Origin: Halieaceae bacterium
GTDB taxonomy: Bacteria > Pseudomonadota > Gammaproteobacteria > Pseudomonadales > Halieaceae
Direction of reading: 5' to 3'
NCBI GenBank assembly: GCA_038143045.1
Contig: JAYQLF010000014.1
Span: forward strand, 86,799 to 150,798
DNA: 64,000 nt
A model generated the notes under the pieces. That model searched no databases and was not told the DNA's origin. It was given only the letters and a program-made list of their open reading frames with translations. Numbering within the stretch: position 1 is the first letter of the stretch; every line of letters begins with the position of its first letter. This document shows, one piece after another, positions 22,884-36,207 of this stretch. Position numbers and translations under genes: made by a program.

Positions 22884-23380
22884 GACCACACTGAGAAGAC
22901 GTGATCACACGTTAGCCACAGCTTTATCACCATGATGTGCCTTCCCACTGCTCTATGCCAGGAAACAAACAAGCTTTGTGGAAAACGCAGCCTGAGCACT
23001 GAGCATAAGTCGTGCACGGTTAAATCGGCTGGCTTAAGTTGAGACTTATCCGCAACTCTTTCACACGATGCGGTCAGCTAAATGGGGCTTTACCAAAAGG
23101 CTTATTATTTTTATAGATTGTTGATATCTATGGGTTTTACAGATTTACCAACAGCGGTCGCTGGCCTTAAATACAACAGTATTAAAGTACTCTTCTCTAT
23201 ATATTCTTATTTATATAAATATTAAGTGTTGTACAGATTAACCTGCCGAAACGGGTGTTCTTTACCGCGTTCCCTGTGAAATTCCACAAGGCAAGCCCAA
23301 TAGAATCGCCAAAACTTCCCATATTGCCCTCGCCCTGAGGCGTTTATACTTCTGCGCCCTAATAATCGTAATGCTGCAGC
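22884..23380. other. mnmE-mnmG intergenic oriC-like region (DnaA boxes, IHF-like site, AT-rich unwinding element)
   Basis: TTAGCCACA 22912-22920, TGTGGAAAA 22977-22985, TTATCCGCA 23046-23054, TTACCAACA 23145-23153, AATTCCACA 23280-23288; IHF-like 23114-23126; very AT-rich 23167-23225. Confidence 0.75.
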
Positions 23381-25285
23381 ATGATTAAGCACCCCGAGCA
23401 ATATGATGTGATCGTCGTTGGTGGCGGCCACGCCGGTACGGAGGCCGTGTTGGCCGCTGCGCGGGCGGGTGCACGTACACTGTTGATTACTCATGCCATC
23501 GATACACTGGGGCAGATGTCGTGTAATCCGGCCATTGGCGGCATTGGCAAGAGTCATTTGGTTCGTGAAATTGATGCCTTGGGCGGTGCCATGGCCAAGG
23601 CAACCGACCTCGCCGGCATTCAGTTCCGAGTGTTAAATGCTCGGAAAGGACCAGCGGTGCGGGCGACGCGTGTTCAGGCCGACCGTGTTCTTTACCGCAA
23701 TGCCATTCGCTCAATGTTAGAGAGCGCAGACAACGTCACGATTTTTCAAGACGCGGTGGAAGATATCGTCCTGTCCGGCGAGGCGGTCTCCGGTGTGATC
23801 ACGCGCTCCGGTATTGTGTTTAATGCCCACTCCGTTGTGCTGACAGCGGGCACTTTTCTCCACGGCAAGATGCACATTGGCGAAGAGAACCGGCCAGGTG
23901 GGCGCATGGGGGATCAGGCGGCCATTGGATTGGCGGACCGCCTCAGAGAGCTCTGCCCCAGGGTTGGCAGACTAAAGACCGGAACGCCACCTCGGATTGA
24001 TGCCCGATCAGTCAATTTCTCGGTTTTGACGGAGCAATGGGGTGATGAGCCGCGTCCTGTCATGTCCTTGACGGGACACCGTGATGATCATCCGGAGCAA
24101 CGCTGCTGCTGGATAACTGAAACCAACACCCAAACCCACGACATTATTCGTGCAGGCCTTGATCGATCACCGCTCTTCAGCGGCACGATCGAGGGTGTCG
24201 GCCCGCGCTATTGCCCCAGCATAGAAGACAAGATCCACCGCTTCGCAGATAAAGCTTCCCACCAGATTTTCCTGGAGCCTGAGGGGCTGACTTCTACCGA
24301 GTTGTATCCCAACGGCATCTCTACGTCGTTGCCTTTTGATGTTCAACTGAACCTGGTTCGTTCGATCCAAGGTTTGGAAGCAGCTGATATCACGCGGCCC
24401 GGCTATGCCATCGAGTACGATTATTTTGATCCCCGCGATTTGCGGCACAGTTTGGAAACGAAATCCATACGAGGGCTCTTCTTCGCCGGCCAAATCAATG
24501 GCACAACAGGGTATGAGGAGGCGGCGGCTCAGGGGTTGATTGCGGGGCTTAACGCGGCCCGACAAACGCAAGACTTACCCGCTTGGGAACCTCGGCGAGA
24601 TGAAGCCTACATCGGTGTGCTGATAGACGATCTAGTAACGCTTGGGACCAATGAACCGTATCGAATGTTCACCTCGCGCGCTGAGTATCGACTGCAGCTT
24701 CGAGAGGACAATGCTGATTTGCGCCTAACGGAGATAGGTCGGTCCCTGAGCCTGATTGGAGAGACCCAGTGGCAATGCTTTAACGACAAGCGTGATGCCA
24801 TGACGCGCGAGCAGACGCGCTTAGAAAAGACGTTTATCCAAGCGGGTAGCGCCGAGGCAAAAGCGCTCGAGAATGTTCTCGCTAAACCGCTGTCCCGGGA
24901 ATATTCAATCGCTGAGTTACTCAAACGGCCCGAACTGGATTACGGAATCATCGAGAGTGTGGCTCCCGCCGACTCAGCCGTTCCGGAAGCCGTTGCAGAG
25001 CAGGTGACCATTCAACTCAAGTACGCGGGTTACATCGATCGTCAGCAACAAGATATTGATCGTGTCCAGCGACATGAGGCGATGTCGATACCCGCTGACC
25101 TTGATTTTATGTCTGTAGACGGCTTGTCGAACGAAATTCGTCAAAAACTGTCCGAAAGCCGCCCGAGCAATCTCGCTCGCGCATCTCGTATACCGGGCGT
25201 GACGCCGGCAGCCTTGTCCCTGCTATTGGTGCATCTGAAGAAACGAGAGGTCAGTGAACACCAGCGCGCTGCGGCGCATGGTTAA
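23381..25285 (+). CDS. mnmG: tRNA uridine modification enzyme MnmG (GidA)
   Basis: [42 protein letters not shown]. Confidence 0.98.
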   Translation: MIKHPEQYDVIVVGGGHAGTEAVLAAARAGARTLLITHAIDTLGQMSCNPAIGGIGKSHLVREIDALGGAMAKATDLAGIQFRVLNARKGPAVRATRVQADRVLYRNAIRSMLESADNVTIFQDAVEDIVLSGEAVSGVITRSGIVFNAHSVVLTAGTFLHGKMHIGEENRPGGRMGDQAAIGLADRLRELCPRVGRLKTGTPPRIDARSVNFSVLTEQWGDEPRPVMSLTGHRDDHPEQRCCWITETNTQTHDIIRAGLDRSPLFSGTIEGVGPRYCPSIEDKIHRFADKASHQIFLEPEGLTSTELYPNGISTSLPFDVQLNLVRSIQGLEAADITRPGYAIEYDYFDPRDLRHSLETKSIRGLFFAGQINGTTGYEEAAAQGLIAGLNAARQTQDLPAWEPRRDEAYIGVLIDDLVTLGTNEPYRMFTSRAEYRLQLREDNADLRLTEIGRSLSLIGETQWQCFNDKRDAMTREQTRLEKTFIQAGSAEAKALENVLAKPLSREYSIAELLKRPELDYGIIESVAPADSAVPEAVAEQVTIQLKYAGYIDRQQQDIDRVQRHEAMSIPADLDFMSVDGLSNEIRQKLSESRPSNLARASRIPGVTPAALSLLLVHLKKREVSEHQRAAAHG

Positions 25286-25922
25286 AGCAGAGACACAAAG
25301 GCTTTTATCGGCAACGCAAACGATCGGACTTTCCGTATCGTCAGCTCAAATAGAACAGCTGGTGACTTATGTCGACCTGCTGGAAAAATGGAATCGCACT
25401 TACAACCTCACGGCAATCAGAAGTCGACGAGAAATGTTCGATCGTCACCTCATCGAAAGCCTGTCCATTGCACCTTTTTTATCAGGCCAGCACCGTATCG
25501 ATGTGGGGACGGGCGCAGGATTGCCCGGATTACCGCTGGCCATTGTGGAGCCGGATATTGATTACGTGTTGCTTGATAGTAATGGTAAGAAAACGCGGTT
25601 TTTGGCAGAGGTGAAAAGGTCGCTGGGTTTATCTAACATCACTGTCGAAACCGTGAGAGTCGAGACCTGGCAGCCTGACAGACTGTTCGATGCCGTGGTG
25701 ACCCGCGCTTTTGCCGATTTGGCAACAACCTTTGAAAGAATAGATCATGTGCTGGGCCCGCAAGGTATGCTCTTTGCTATGAAAACAGAAAGCGTCAATC
25801 AGGAAGTTGCTGAGATGCCCTCAAACATGGCGCTAGCCGGCAGTTGGGATATCTCTGTTCCCGGGAGGGACTGGTCGTTTCAGCTCCTCGGCGTGAAGCG
25901 GTTGCCCGGAGATAACACGTGA
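25278..25922 (+). CDS. rsmG: 16S rRNA m7G527 methyltransferase (GidB)
   Basis: [25 protein letters not shown]. Confidence 0.95.
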   Translation: MVKAETQRLLSATQTIGLSVSSAQIEQLVTYVDLLEKWNRTYNLTAIRSRREMFDRHLIESLSIAPFLSGQHRIDVGTGAGLPGLPLAIVEPDIDYVLLDSNGKKTRFLAEVKRSLGLSNITVETVRVETWQPDRLFDAVVTRAFADLATTFERIDHVLGPQGMLFAMKTESVNQEVAEMPSNMALAGSWDISVPGRDWSFQLLGVKRLPGDNT

Positions 25923-26700
25923 AGATTATTGCGGTAGCCAATCAGAAAGGCGGCGTCGGTAAAACCACGACCAGCGTCAATCTTTCTGCCGCGCTGGCGG
26001 CCATGGATAAGCGTGTCCTCTTAATCGATATGGATCCGCAGGGAAATGCCACGGTATCTGTCGGCTTGAATAAAGCAGAGCTGAAAGCCACCGCATTTGA
26101 ACTGATGGTCGAGCAACAGCCGCTGTCATCGGTGGTGACGCGACTCGATACATTGCGGATGGATTGCATTCCCTGCAGATGGCGACCTTACCGCCGCCGA
26201 GGTGGCCTTACTGTCTGCCGAGAGCGCGAGCAACGCCTGAAAAAGCGCTTGAGGCTGGCTCTGAGCACTATGACTTTGTGATTATTGATTGCCCGCCATC
26301 GCTCAACATGTTGACCCTCAACGCCCTGGTCGCCGCCAACTCAGTCTTGATTACCATGCAGTGTGAGTACTTCGCGCTTGAGGGGCTCTCCGCCCTCATG
26401 GAAACCATCAACAGTGTCCGCCAAACCGTGAACCCTTCGCTGCACATCGAAGGCATCCTTCGCACTCTCTATGACCCGAGAAATGCGCTGACCAATGAGG
26501 TGTCCGAACAGTTGCATCAGCACTTTGAGGGCTTGGTGTATCGCACAGTCATCCCGCGTAATGTCCGACTAGCGGAGGCGCCTAGTCACGGCGTACCCGG
26601 CATTGTTTACGATCGGCTGTCCCGAGGCTCCACGGCCTATATGGCCTTGGCCGGGGAATTCATGCGCAGACAAGAGCAGAACCAAAAGGGAGCCAGCTAA
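25919..26700 (+). CDS. parA: Chromosome partitioning ATPase ParA/Soj (three small indels at 26171-26244)
   Basis: [40 protein letters not shown]; the intervening [13 protein letters not shown] is recoverable in a third frame. Confidence 0.92.
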
Positions 26701-27575
26701 TGGCGCAAAAGCGAAAGCTGAATCGAGGCTTGGAAGCCCTCTTGGGGTCGGGCTTGTTGAATAACCCGCAAACTGATGAGGTAAAGCCCCAAGCTGAGGC
26801 CACATCACCACAGGCGCTCAATAACCTGCCGGTCGAGCGGCTTCAGCAAGGTGTTTTTCAGCCGCGTAGAGAGTTTGATCAGGAAGCCCTGCAAACGCTC
26901 GCCGACAGCATCAAGGCACAGGGCGTCTTGCAACCCGTTGTTGTCAGGCCTGTCGCCGCAGACCGGTTCGAAATTTTGTCTGGCGAGCGTCGTTGGCGAG
27001 CGGCTCAGTTGGCGGGCCTGGATAGCGTCCCGGTTGTCATAAAAGACGTTAACGATGAAGCCGCAATAGCGATCGGCTTGATCGAGAATATTCAACGGGA
27101 AGACCTGAACCCGGTCGAGGAGGGATTGGGGCTGAAAAGACTTCAAGATGAATTTGGCCTGAATCAGGAGCAGGTCGCAGCCGCTGTTGGACGTTCTCGC
27201 TCCGCAGTCGCTAATTTGCTCAGGCTACTCAATCTGGAAAAGGACGTTTTGGCGATGTTGGAGCGAGGCGAGCTGGACGCGGGTCACGCGAAAGTGCTGC
27301 TGGCGCTGACCGGCGGTGATCAGGTGCGGGCAGCCCGCAACGTGGTTAAAAGGGGTTTATCCGTGCGCCAGACTGAGACGCTGGTGAAGGGCTGGGACGC
27401 GAAAACACGGACGCCTGCAGCACATGACCCCAATATCAGCCGACTGGAGCAAGACCTCAGCACCCGGTTGGGCGCAAAAGTGCGGATCCAGCACCAGCAA
27501 AACGGACGTGGTCGCCTTGAGGTTCATTACACCAGCCTCGATGAGCTTGACGGCGTATTGAGTAAAATCCAGTAA
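26700..27575 (+). CDS. parB: Chromosome partitioning protein ParB
   Basis: LNRGLEALL, QPRREF, GERRWRAA CTP-binding patch, ENIQREDLNP, HTH. Confidence 0.97.
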   Translation: MAQKRKLNRGLEALLGSGLLNNPQTDEVKPQAEATSPQALNNLPVERLQQGVFQPRREFDQEALQTLADSIKAQGVLQPVVVRPVAADRFEILSGERRWRAAQLAGLDSVPVVIKDVNDEAAIAIGLIENIQREDLNPVEEGLGLKRLQDEFGLNQEQVAAAVGRSRSAVANLLRLLNLEKDVLAMLERGELDAGHAKVLLALTGGDQVRAARNVVKRGLSVRQTETLVKGWDAKTRTPAAHDPNISRLEQDLSTRLGAKVRIQHQQNGRGRLEVHYTSLDELDGVLSKIQ

Positions 27576-27646
27576 ATCCCACGTATTGAAGGGTTTAGGC
27601 CTTTCCTCTACACTCCGTCCCGCATGAAAGGGGGGCTGGGTTTATC

Positions 27647-28024
27647 TTGGCCAAACAAAACGCTTCTGCGCCTTTCTCGACCACAAGAGCGCACCTTCTG
27701 AGTGCGGTGGGGTCGACGGCGGCACTCGTCATCGGGTTGGCGTTATTGGTCGGTTTCTTGCAAGGCCTGGAGGCCTCTATTGATATCGTGTTGGGCGGCA
27801 CCATTGTGCTGTTGCCCACGTTTTGGGTGGCGGTCAGCCTGACTTCAGGCCGGTCTGTCGTCAACCCCGCCTTGATGGGCTTGGCCCGTTACACTCTGGC
27901 GGGAATAGGGTTTGCCGCACTGTTTTCGCTGCGGCCAAATAGCGACCCACTGCCGGTGTTGGCCGGGAGTTTGGCGGCGCTGGTATTGCCCTCTGTTTTC
28001 CTGATGTGGAGACAGAGGCACTGA
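27647..28024 (+). CDS. atpI: ATP synthase protein I (4 TM)
   Basis: Small hydrophobic ORF between parB and atpB; call rests on synteny. Confidence 0.7.
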   Translation: MAKQNASAPFSTTRAHLLSAVGSTAALVIGLALLVGFLQGLEASIDIVLGGTIVLLPTFWVAVSLTSGRSVVNPALMGLARYTLAGIGFAALFSLRPNSDPLPVLAGSLAALVLPSVFLMWRQRH

Positions 28025-28125
28025 GACGCGGCGACCAAAAACGGACGCCCAAGTTGTTCGCGAGGCGCGCAAGTGATCGTGACGCGAGGGTCAGCGGCAA
28101 AGCTGGCCACAAATAAAGCCAATAA

Positions 28126-29034
<909 letters not shown>

Positions 29035-29058
29035 TTTTTGATTGACGAAGACCTTTAG

Positions 29059-29295
<237 letters not shown>

Positions 29296-29356
29296 GACAC
29301 CTCTCTGACAGCGGGGGTGGGTGAGTTAACCGCCCCCGGCACAACAGGAGCATAGA

Positions 29357-29827
29357 GTGAACATTAATCTCACGCTGATTGGACAGCTAATCGCCTTTGT
29401 GGCCTTTGTTGCTTTCTGCATGCGCTACGTGTGGCCGCCGATTGCCGGCGCCATGGCTGAGCGGCAAAACAAGATTGCTGATGGCTTGGCCGCTGCTGAC
29501 CGCGCAGGGCATGATCTTGAGGTGGCGAAGCAGCAAGCTGAGGAGCAGCTGGCTGAAGCGAAGCGCGAGGCTGCTGGCATCATTGAGGCGGCCAACAAGC
29601 GCGCACAAGCGGTGGTAGAGGAAGCCAAAGAAGCCGCGTCGGCTGAGGCTGACCGCGTCAAGGCGGCCGCTGCCGCCGAGATTGAGCAAGAGCGCGCTCG
29701 CGCTCAAGAGCAGCTCATGGCGCAGGTCAGCACGCTGGCGCTTGCCGGCGCTGAAAAAATTCTCGGGGCTGAGATCGACGCCGATAAACACGCCGACCTG
29801 CTAAAAGGTCTGGCGGCGGAGTCTTGA
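29357..29827 (+). CDS. atpF: F0 subunit b
   Basis: [15 protein letters not shown], coiled coil. Confidence 0.97.
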   Translation: MNINLTLIGQLIAFVAFVAFCMRYVWPPIAGAMAERQNKIADGLAAADRAGHDLEVAKQQAEEQLAEAKREAAGIIEAANKRAQAVVEEAKEAASAEADRVKAAAAAEIEQERARAQEQLMAQVSTLALAGAEKILGAEIDADKHADLLKGLAAES

Positions 29828-29830
29828 TCG

Positions 29831-30367
29831 ATGATTGAACCGACCACGCTTGCGAGGCCTTACGCGCGCGCTGCGTTCGAGCATGCGCGTGGCGCTGACC
29901 AACTGTCTGATTGGCAGGCTGCTCTGGCAGAGCTTGCTGCGATTGCGGCCGATGACAAAGTCGCGGCCGCGTTGAAAGACCCCAATCAAACCGCGGCGCA
30001 GCGGGCTGCCACCTTGTCGGCACTGGTGGGTGATGGCTTACCCCAGGCGGTGAGCAATCTGCTGGCGATCATGTCGGATAACGGACGCTTGTCGTTGCTG
30101 CCAGAGGTATCGGCACTTTTTGATCAACTGAAGCAGGCGGTCGAGAGTAGCATCGCTGTTCACGTGACCTCTGCTTATCCGCTCAGCGACAACGAAACAC
30201 AAACACTTTCTGAATCGATGCAGGCCAAGCTCAACCGAAGCATTACCCTGACATCAGAAGCCGACCCCTCACTCTTAGGAGGGGCAATCATTCGGGCCGA
30301 CGATCTGGTGATCGACGGCTCTGTTCGCGGCCGCCTGAATAAGCTGGCGGGCACGCTGACCCAATGA
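29831..30367 (+). CDS. atpH: F1 subunit delta
   Basis: TLARPYARAAF, LLGG, VIDGSVRGRL. Confidence 0.97.
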   Translation: MIEPTTLARPYARAAFEHARGADQLSDWQAALAELAAIAADDKVAAALKDPNQTAAQRAATLSALVGDGLPQAVSNLLAIMSDNGRLSLLPEVSALFDQLKQAVESSIAVHVTSAYPLSDNETQTLSESMQAKLNRSITLTSEADPSLLGGAIIRADDLVIDGSVRGRLNKLAGTLTQ

Positions 30368-30381
30368 CAGAGGACTAGGTC

Positions 30382-31927
30382 ATGCAACAGCTCAACCCCT
30401 CGGAAATTAGCGACCTGATCAAGCAGCGGATCGACCAGCTTGATGTCGTTTCGCAGGCCACGAATGAGGGCACCATTGTTTCCGTTACCGACGGCATTAT
30501 CCGTATACACGGCCTCACCGAGGTCCAGTACGGTGAGATGATCGAGTTTGATGGAGGGGTATTTGGTCTCGCGCTGAACCTCGAACGCGACTCCGTAGGC
30601 GCCGTCGTACTGGGTGATTACAAGCAGTTGGCGGAAGGTCAAACCTGTCGTTGTACAGGACGTATTCTCGAGGTGCCAGTCGGCCCGGAGCTTCAGGGCC
30701 GCGTCGTCGATTCCCTCGGTAATCCGATCGATGGGAAAGGCGCCATCGATACCAAGATGACCGACGCGATTGAAAAAATCGCACCCGGCGTGATTGCGCG
30801 GCAGTCGGTAGATCAGCCCGTGCAGATTGGCCTGAAAGGCTATTGATGCGATGGTGCCGATTGGCCGCGGTCAGCGAGAGCTGATCATTGGTGATCGACA
30901 GGTGGGCAAGACGGCCATCGCTGTCGACGCCATCATCAATCAGAAGGGCACCGGGATTAAATGCATCTATGTCGCGGTAGGCCAGAAGGCCTCGTCCGTT
31001 GCTTCAGTGGTTCGCAAGCTCGAAGAGCACGGCGCGATGGAGCACACCATCGTGGTAGCGGCCAATGCTTCTGATCCGGCCGCAATGCAATATCTCGCAC
31101 CGTTCGCGGGTTGCACCATGGGTGAGTACTACCGTGACCGGGGTGAAGATGCGCTGATTATTTATGATGACCTTTCCAAGCAGGCGGTAGCCTATCGACA
31201 GATCTCTTTGCTCTTGCGTCGTCCCCCGGGTCGGGAGGCGTATCCAGGAGACGTCTTCTACCTGCACTCGCGACTGCTTGAGCGTGCAGCGCGCGTTAAC
31301 GCTGATTACGTTGAGCAATTTACCGATGGCGCCGTGAAAGGACAGACAGGTTCGCTGACGGCACTGCCTGTTATCGAAACGCAAGCGGGCGACGTATCGG
31401 CGTTCGTTCCGACCAACGTCATCTCGATTACAGACGGTCAGATCTTCCTTGAAGCTGACATGTTCAACGCCGGTGTGCGCCCTGCGATGAATGCCGGTAT
31501 TTCGGTCTCGCGTGTAGGTGGTGCTGCTCAAACCAAGATTGTGAAAAAGCTCTCAGGCGGTATCCGAACTGCGCTGGCGCAGTATCGTGAGCTGGCCGCG
31601 TTTTCACAGTTCGCGTCGGATCTAGATGACGCGACCAAGGCACAGTTGGAGCACGGGGAGCGTATTACTGAGCTGATGAAACAGAAACAGTACGCGCCAC
31701 TCTCTATCGCTGAGATGGGTGTGTTGCTGTACGCGGGTAATGAGGGTTATTTGCAAGATGTGGAGGTCGCCAAGATTGGTGATTTCGAGTCTGCGTTACT
31801 AGGCTATATGCGTTCTGAATGTGGCGATGTGATGCAGGCTATTGAAGCTGATGGTGGCTGGGACGATGATCGCGAAGCGGCGTTTAAGTCTGCGATCGAA
31901 ACCTTCAAATCGACCCAAACCTGGTAA
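30382..31927 (+). CDS. atpA: F1 subunit alpha (one extra base at 30835-30839 splits the frame)
   Basis: Expected [24 protein letters not shown] is restored by deleting one base of CTGAAAGGCT; [12 protein letters not shown]. Confidence 0.95.
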
Positions 31928-31933
31928 TAGCTG

Positions 31934-32797
31934 ATGGCCGTTGGCAAGGAAATCCGCACCAAGATCTCGAGTATTCAAAGCACTCAAAAGATCACCAGTG
32001 CCATGGAAATGGTGGCGGCGAGCAAGATGCGCCGCGCTCAGGACCGGATGGAGCTAGGTAAACCCTATGCGCAGCGTATGCGGGCCGTAGTGGGCCACAT
32101 TGCGAACTCCACGCCAGAATATCGCCACGCCTACATGCAAGAGCGAGAGGTCCAACGCGCAGGATATATCATTGTTTCTACCGATCGCGGTCTGTGTGGC
32201 GGCCTCAACATCAATTTGTTCAAGGCGGCGATTCAGTCGATGAAGGCTCAGCAAGATGACGGCGTTGAGGTGGAGCTGTGCCTCGTCGGCGCCAAGTCGG
32301 CCGGGTTTTTTGCCAGCGTGGGCGGCAACGTGACGGCGTCAGTGAGGGACCTTGGCGAAGAGCCCTCGCTTGAAGATCTGATCGGCGGAGTGAAGACGAT
32401 GCTAGACGCTTACACCGAAGGCCGCATAGACGCACTTTATCTCGCTAGCAACGAATTCGTTAATACGATGACTCAGGCGCCTCAGGTAGAGCAGCTGCTG
32501 CCGCTCAAGGCGGAAGAGACGGACTCCCTGTCTCACCACTGGGACTACATCTATGAGCCTGACGCGCGGGAGCTGTTGGATGCGTTGATGGTTCGGTACA
32601 TCGAATCACAGGTGTATCAGGCAGTCGTTGAGAATGGCGCCTGCGAGCAAGCGGCGCGCATGATTGCGATGAAGAACGCGACCGATAACGCCGGCGAGCT
32701 GATCGAAGAATTGCAGTTGGTTTACAACAAGGCCAGGCAGGCTGCGATCACGCAAGAGCTGGCTGAGATAGTGGGTGGCGCCGCAGCGATCGGCTAG
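31934..32797 (+). CDS. atpG: F1 subunit gamma
   Basis: [32 protein letters not shown]. Confidence 0.98.
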   Translation: MAVGKEIRTKISSIQSTQKITSAMEMVAASKMRRAQDRMELGKPYAQRMRAVVGHIANSTPEYRHAYMQEREVQRAGYIIVSTDRGLCGGLNINLFKAAIQSMKAQQDDGVEVELCLVGAKSAGFFASVGGNVTASVRDLGEEPSLEDLIGGVKTMLDAYTEGRIDALYLASNEFVNTMTQAPQVEQLLPLKAEETDSLSHHWDYIYEPDARELLDALMVRYIESQVYQAVVENGACEQAARMIAMKNATDNAGELIEELQLVYNKARQAAITQELAEIVGGAAAIG

Positions 32798-32813
32798 CGG
32801 GCACCCGGATTAG

Positions 32814-34265
<1,452 letters not shown>

Positions 34266-34285
34266 GTTTGGTGGGAGACTGAGAA

Positions 34286-34714
34286 ATGGCGACGACCATG
34301 CAGTGTGACATTGTGAGTGCTGAGGCCCAGATCTACTCGGGCGCAGTAGAGCTTCTTGTCGCAACCGGTATTGAGGGTGAATTGGGTGTATGTTTTGGAC
34401 ATGCCGCACTCCTCACTCGATTGATTCCCGGGCCCATCCGTGTTGTCGAGGCGAGCGGTGAAGAGCAGGTCTATTACGCGTCGGGTGGTTTCATCGAAGT
34501 TCAAGGTGATGTCGTGACGGTTCTGGCAGACACTGCGGTGCGGGCCGACGATATCGATGAGGCGGCTGCGGAAACGGCTCGTAAAGACGCTGAAGAGGCA
34601 CTGGCTAACCAGCAGGGTGAGATAGATTACGGTCGAGCCTCTGCTCAGCTGGCTGAAGCCACGGCCCAACTGGCCGCACTGCGAAAGCTGAAAAACCGCG
34701 CCGGACGGGCTTAA
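34286..34714 (+). CDS. atpC: F1 subunit epsilon
   Basis: DIVSAE, GELG..GH, SGGFIEV; last gene of the atp cluster. Confidence 0.96.
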   Translation: MATTMQCDIVSAEAQIYSGAVELLVATGIEGELGVCFGHAALLTRLIPGPIRVVEASGEEQVYYASGGFIEVQGDVVTVLADTAVRADDIDEAAAETARKDAEEALANQQGEIDYGRASAQLAEATAQLAALRKLKNRAGRA

Positions 34715-34839
34715 TCGCCCTAACCCCGCTAAATCAAGGCTAATTTTGGTGTTTGTTTGCGCATCGGTGTGCCGGTGCTTGCAAACTGCCTGTGGTTGTC
34801 AATGATGACCTTTCCCTAGCCGCCTGAGCGGACACCCGC

Positions 34840-36207
34840 ATGCTGGAAGTGATTATTTTGGCCGCCGGACAGGGTAGCCGGATGCAGTCCTCGCTACCCA
34901 AAGTGTTGCATACACTTGCCGGCCAACCGTTGGTAGCGCATGTGCTGCAGACGGCCCGCCAGATCATGGCTGATTCCATCCACGTAGTTGTTGGCTACGG
35001 AGCTGAGACGGTCGAGGCTGCGGTGGCGGCGCCGGATGTGCAGTGTCACCTGCAGGTTGAACAGCGCGGTACGGGTCATGCTGTCGCGCAGGCTATTGGG
35101 GCCTGTGACCCAAAGAGCACAGTCCTGGTTCTGTTTGGCGATGTCCCCCTTATTTCCAAAACAGTTTTGACAGACGTGGTCGCGGCTAGTGCATCCGGCA
35201 TAGCCATGCTGTCAGCGCACCTTGAGGACCCTACCGGTTACGGGCGTGTTGTCCGCGATCGAGACGGCGAATTCATGGCCGTTGTAGAAGAAAAAGATGC
35301 CACACCAGAGCAGCGCAGCTTACAAGAGATCAATACCGGCGTTTTGGCCGCAGACGCGGTGAAATTAGCGGCATGGCTCGATCGAGTTGATAACCACAAT
35401 GCCCAATCAGAATACTATTTACCCGATGTGCTCAGGTTGGCGCGGGAGGATGGTGTACCGGTCACGGTGGTGTGTTCGGATAACGATTTCAATGTTCAGG
35501 GCGTCAACACACCTCAGCAACTTGAGACGTTGGAGCGCCGACATCAGCGGGTATTGGCCGACGACCTCATGACGGGAGGTGTTCTGATCGCCGACCGGTC
35601 GCGATTGGATGTTCGTGGTCGTCTGCAGTGTGGACGTGATGTCAGTATCGATGTGAACGTCCTGTTTGAGGGCGATGTCGCCTTGGGTGACGGCGTCTTG
35701 ATCGGCGCGAACTGTATTGTGCGCGACGCAGCAATTGGCGCAGGCGCGCAGATTTTGCCTTTCTCTCATGTTGAGGGTGCGGAGGTTCAAGCGGGCGCTG
35801 TGATTGGGCCCTATGCGCGACTCCGCCCCGGTGCGGTGATTGGCGAGCAGGCCAAGGTGGGAAACTTTGTTGAGGTGAAGAACGCGCGGTTGGGCTTCGC
35901 GGCGAAAGCCAATCATCTGGCATACCTTGGAGATGCCGATATCGGTCAGCACTCTAACGTCGGTGCTGGCACGATTACCTGCAATTACGACGGTGCCAAC
36001 AAGCATCGCACCACCATAGGCGAAAATGTTTTTGTGGGCTCGAATAGCACTCTGGTGGCACCTATTACTGTCGAGTCCGGTGGCTTTGTTGCAGCAGGCT
36101 CTACCGTGACCAACGATGTGGGAGCCGATCAGTTGTCGGTAGCCAGAGGACGTCAGCGCAACATTGATGGATGGAAGCGCCCAACGCGACCGGAAGAGAC
36201 CGACTGA
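34840..36207 (+). CDS. glmU: Bifunctional UDP-GlcNAc pyrophosphorylase/glucosamine-1-P acetyltransferase
   Basis: ILAAGQGSRM, PKVLH, hexapeptide repeats, NYDGANK. Confidence 0.97.
   Translation: MLEVIILAAGQGSRMQSSLPKVLHTLAGQPLVAHVLQTARQIMADSIHVVVGYGAETVEAAVAAPDVQCHLQVEQRGTGHAVAQAIGACDPKSTVLVLFGDVPLISKTVLTDVVAASASGIAMLSAHLEDPTGYGRVVRDRDGEFMAVVEEKDATPEQRSLQEINTGVLAADAVKLAAWLDRVDNHNAQSEYYLPDVLRLAREDGVPVTVVCSDNDFNVQGVNTPQQLETLERRHQRVLADDLMTGGVLIADRSRLDVRGRLQCGRDVSIDVNVLFEGDVALGDGVLIGANCIVRDAAIGAGAQILPFSHVEGAEVQAGAVIGPYARLRPGAVIGEQAKVGNFVEVKNARLGFAAKANHLAYLGDADIGQHSNVGAGTITCNYDGANKHRTTIGENVFVGSNSTLVAPITVESGGFVAAGSTVTNDVGADQLSVARGRQRNIDGWKRPTRPEETD

Noticed and set aside
30831-30850. Programmed frameshifting in atpA, mnmE or parA, or stop readthrough in yicC
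   Set aside because: No shared slippery motif or stimulatory structure; three indels within 80 bp in parA indicate assembly error
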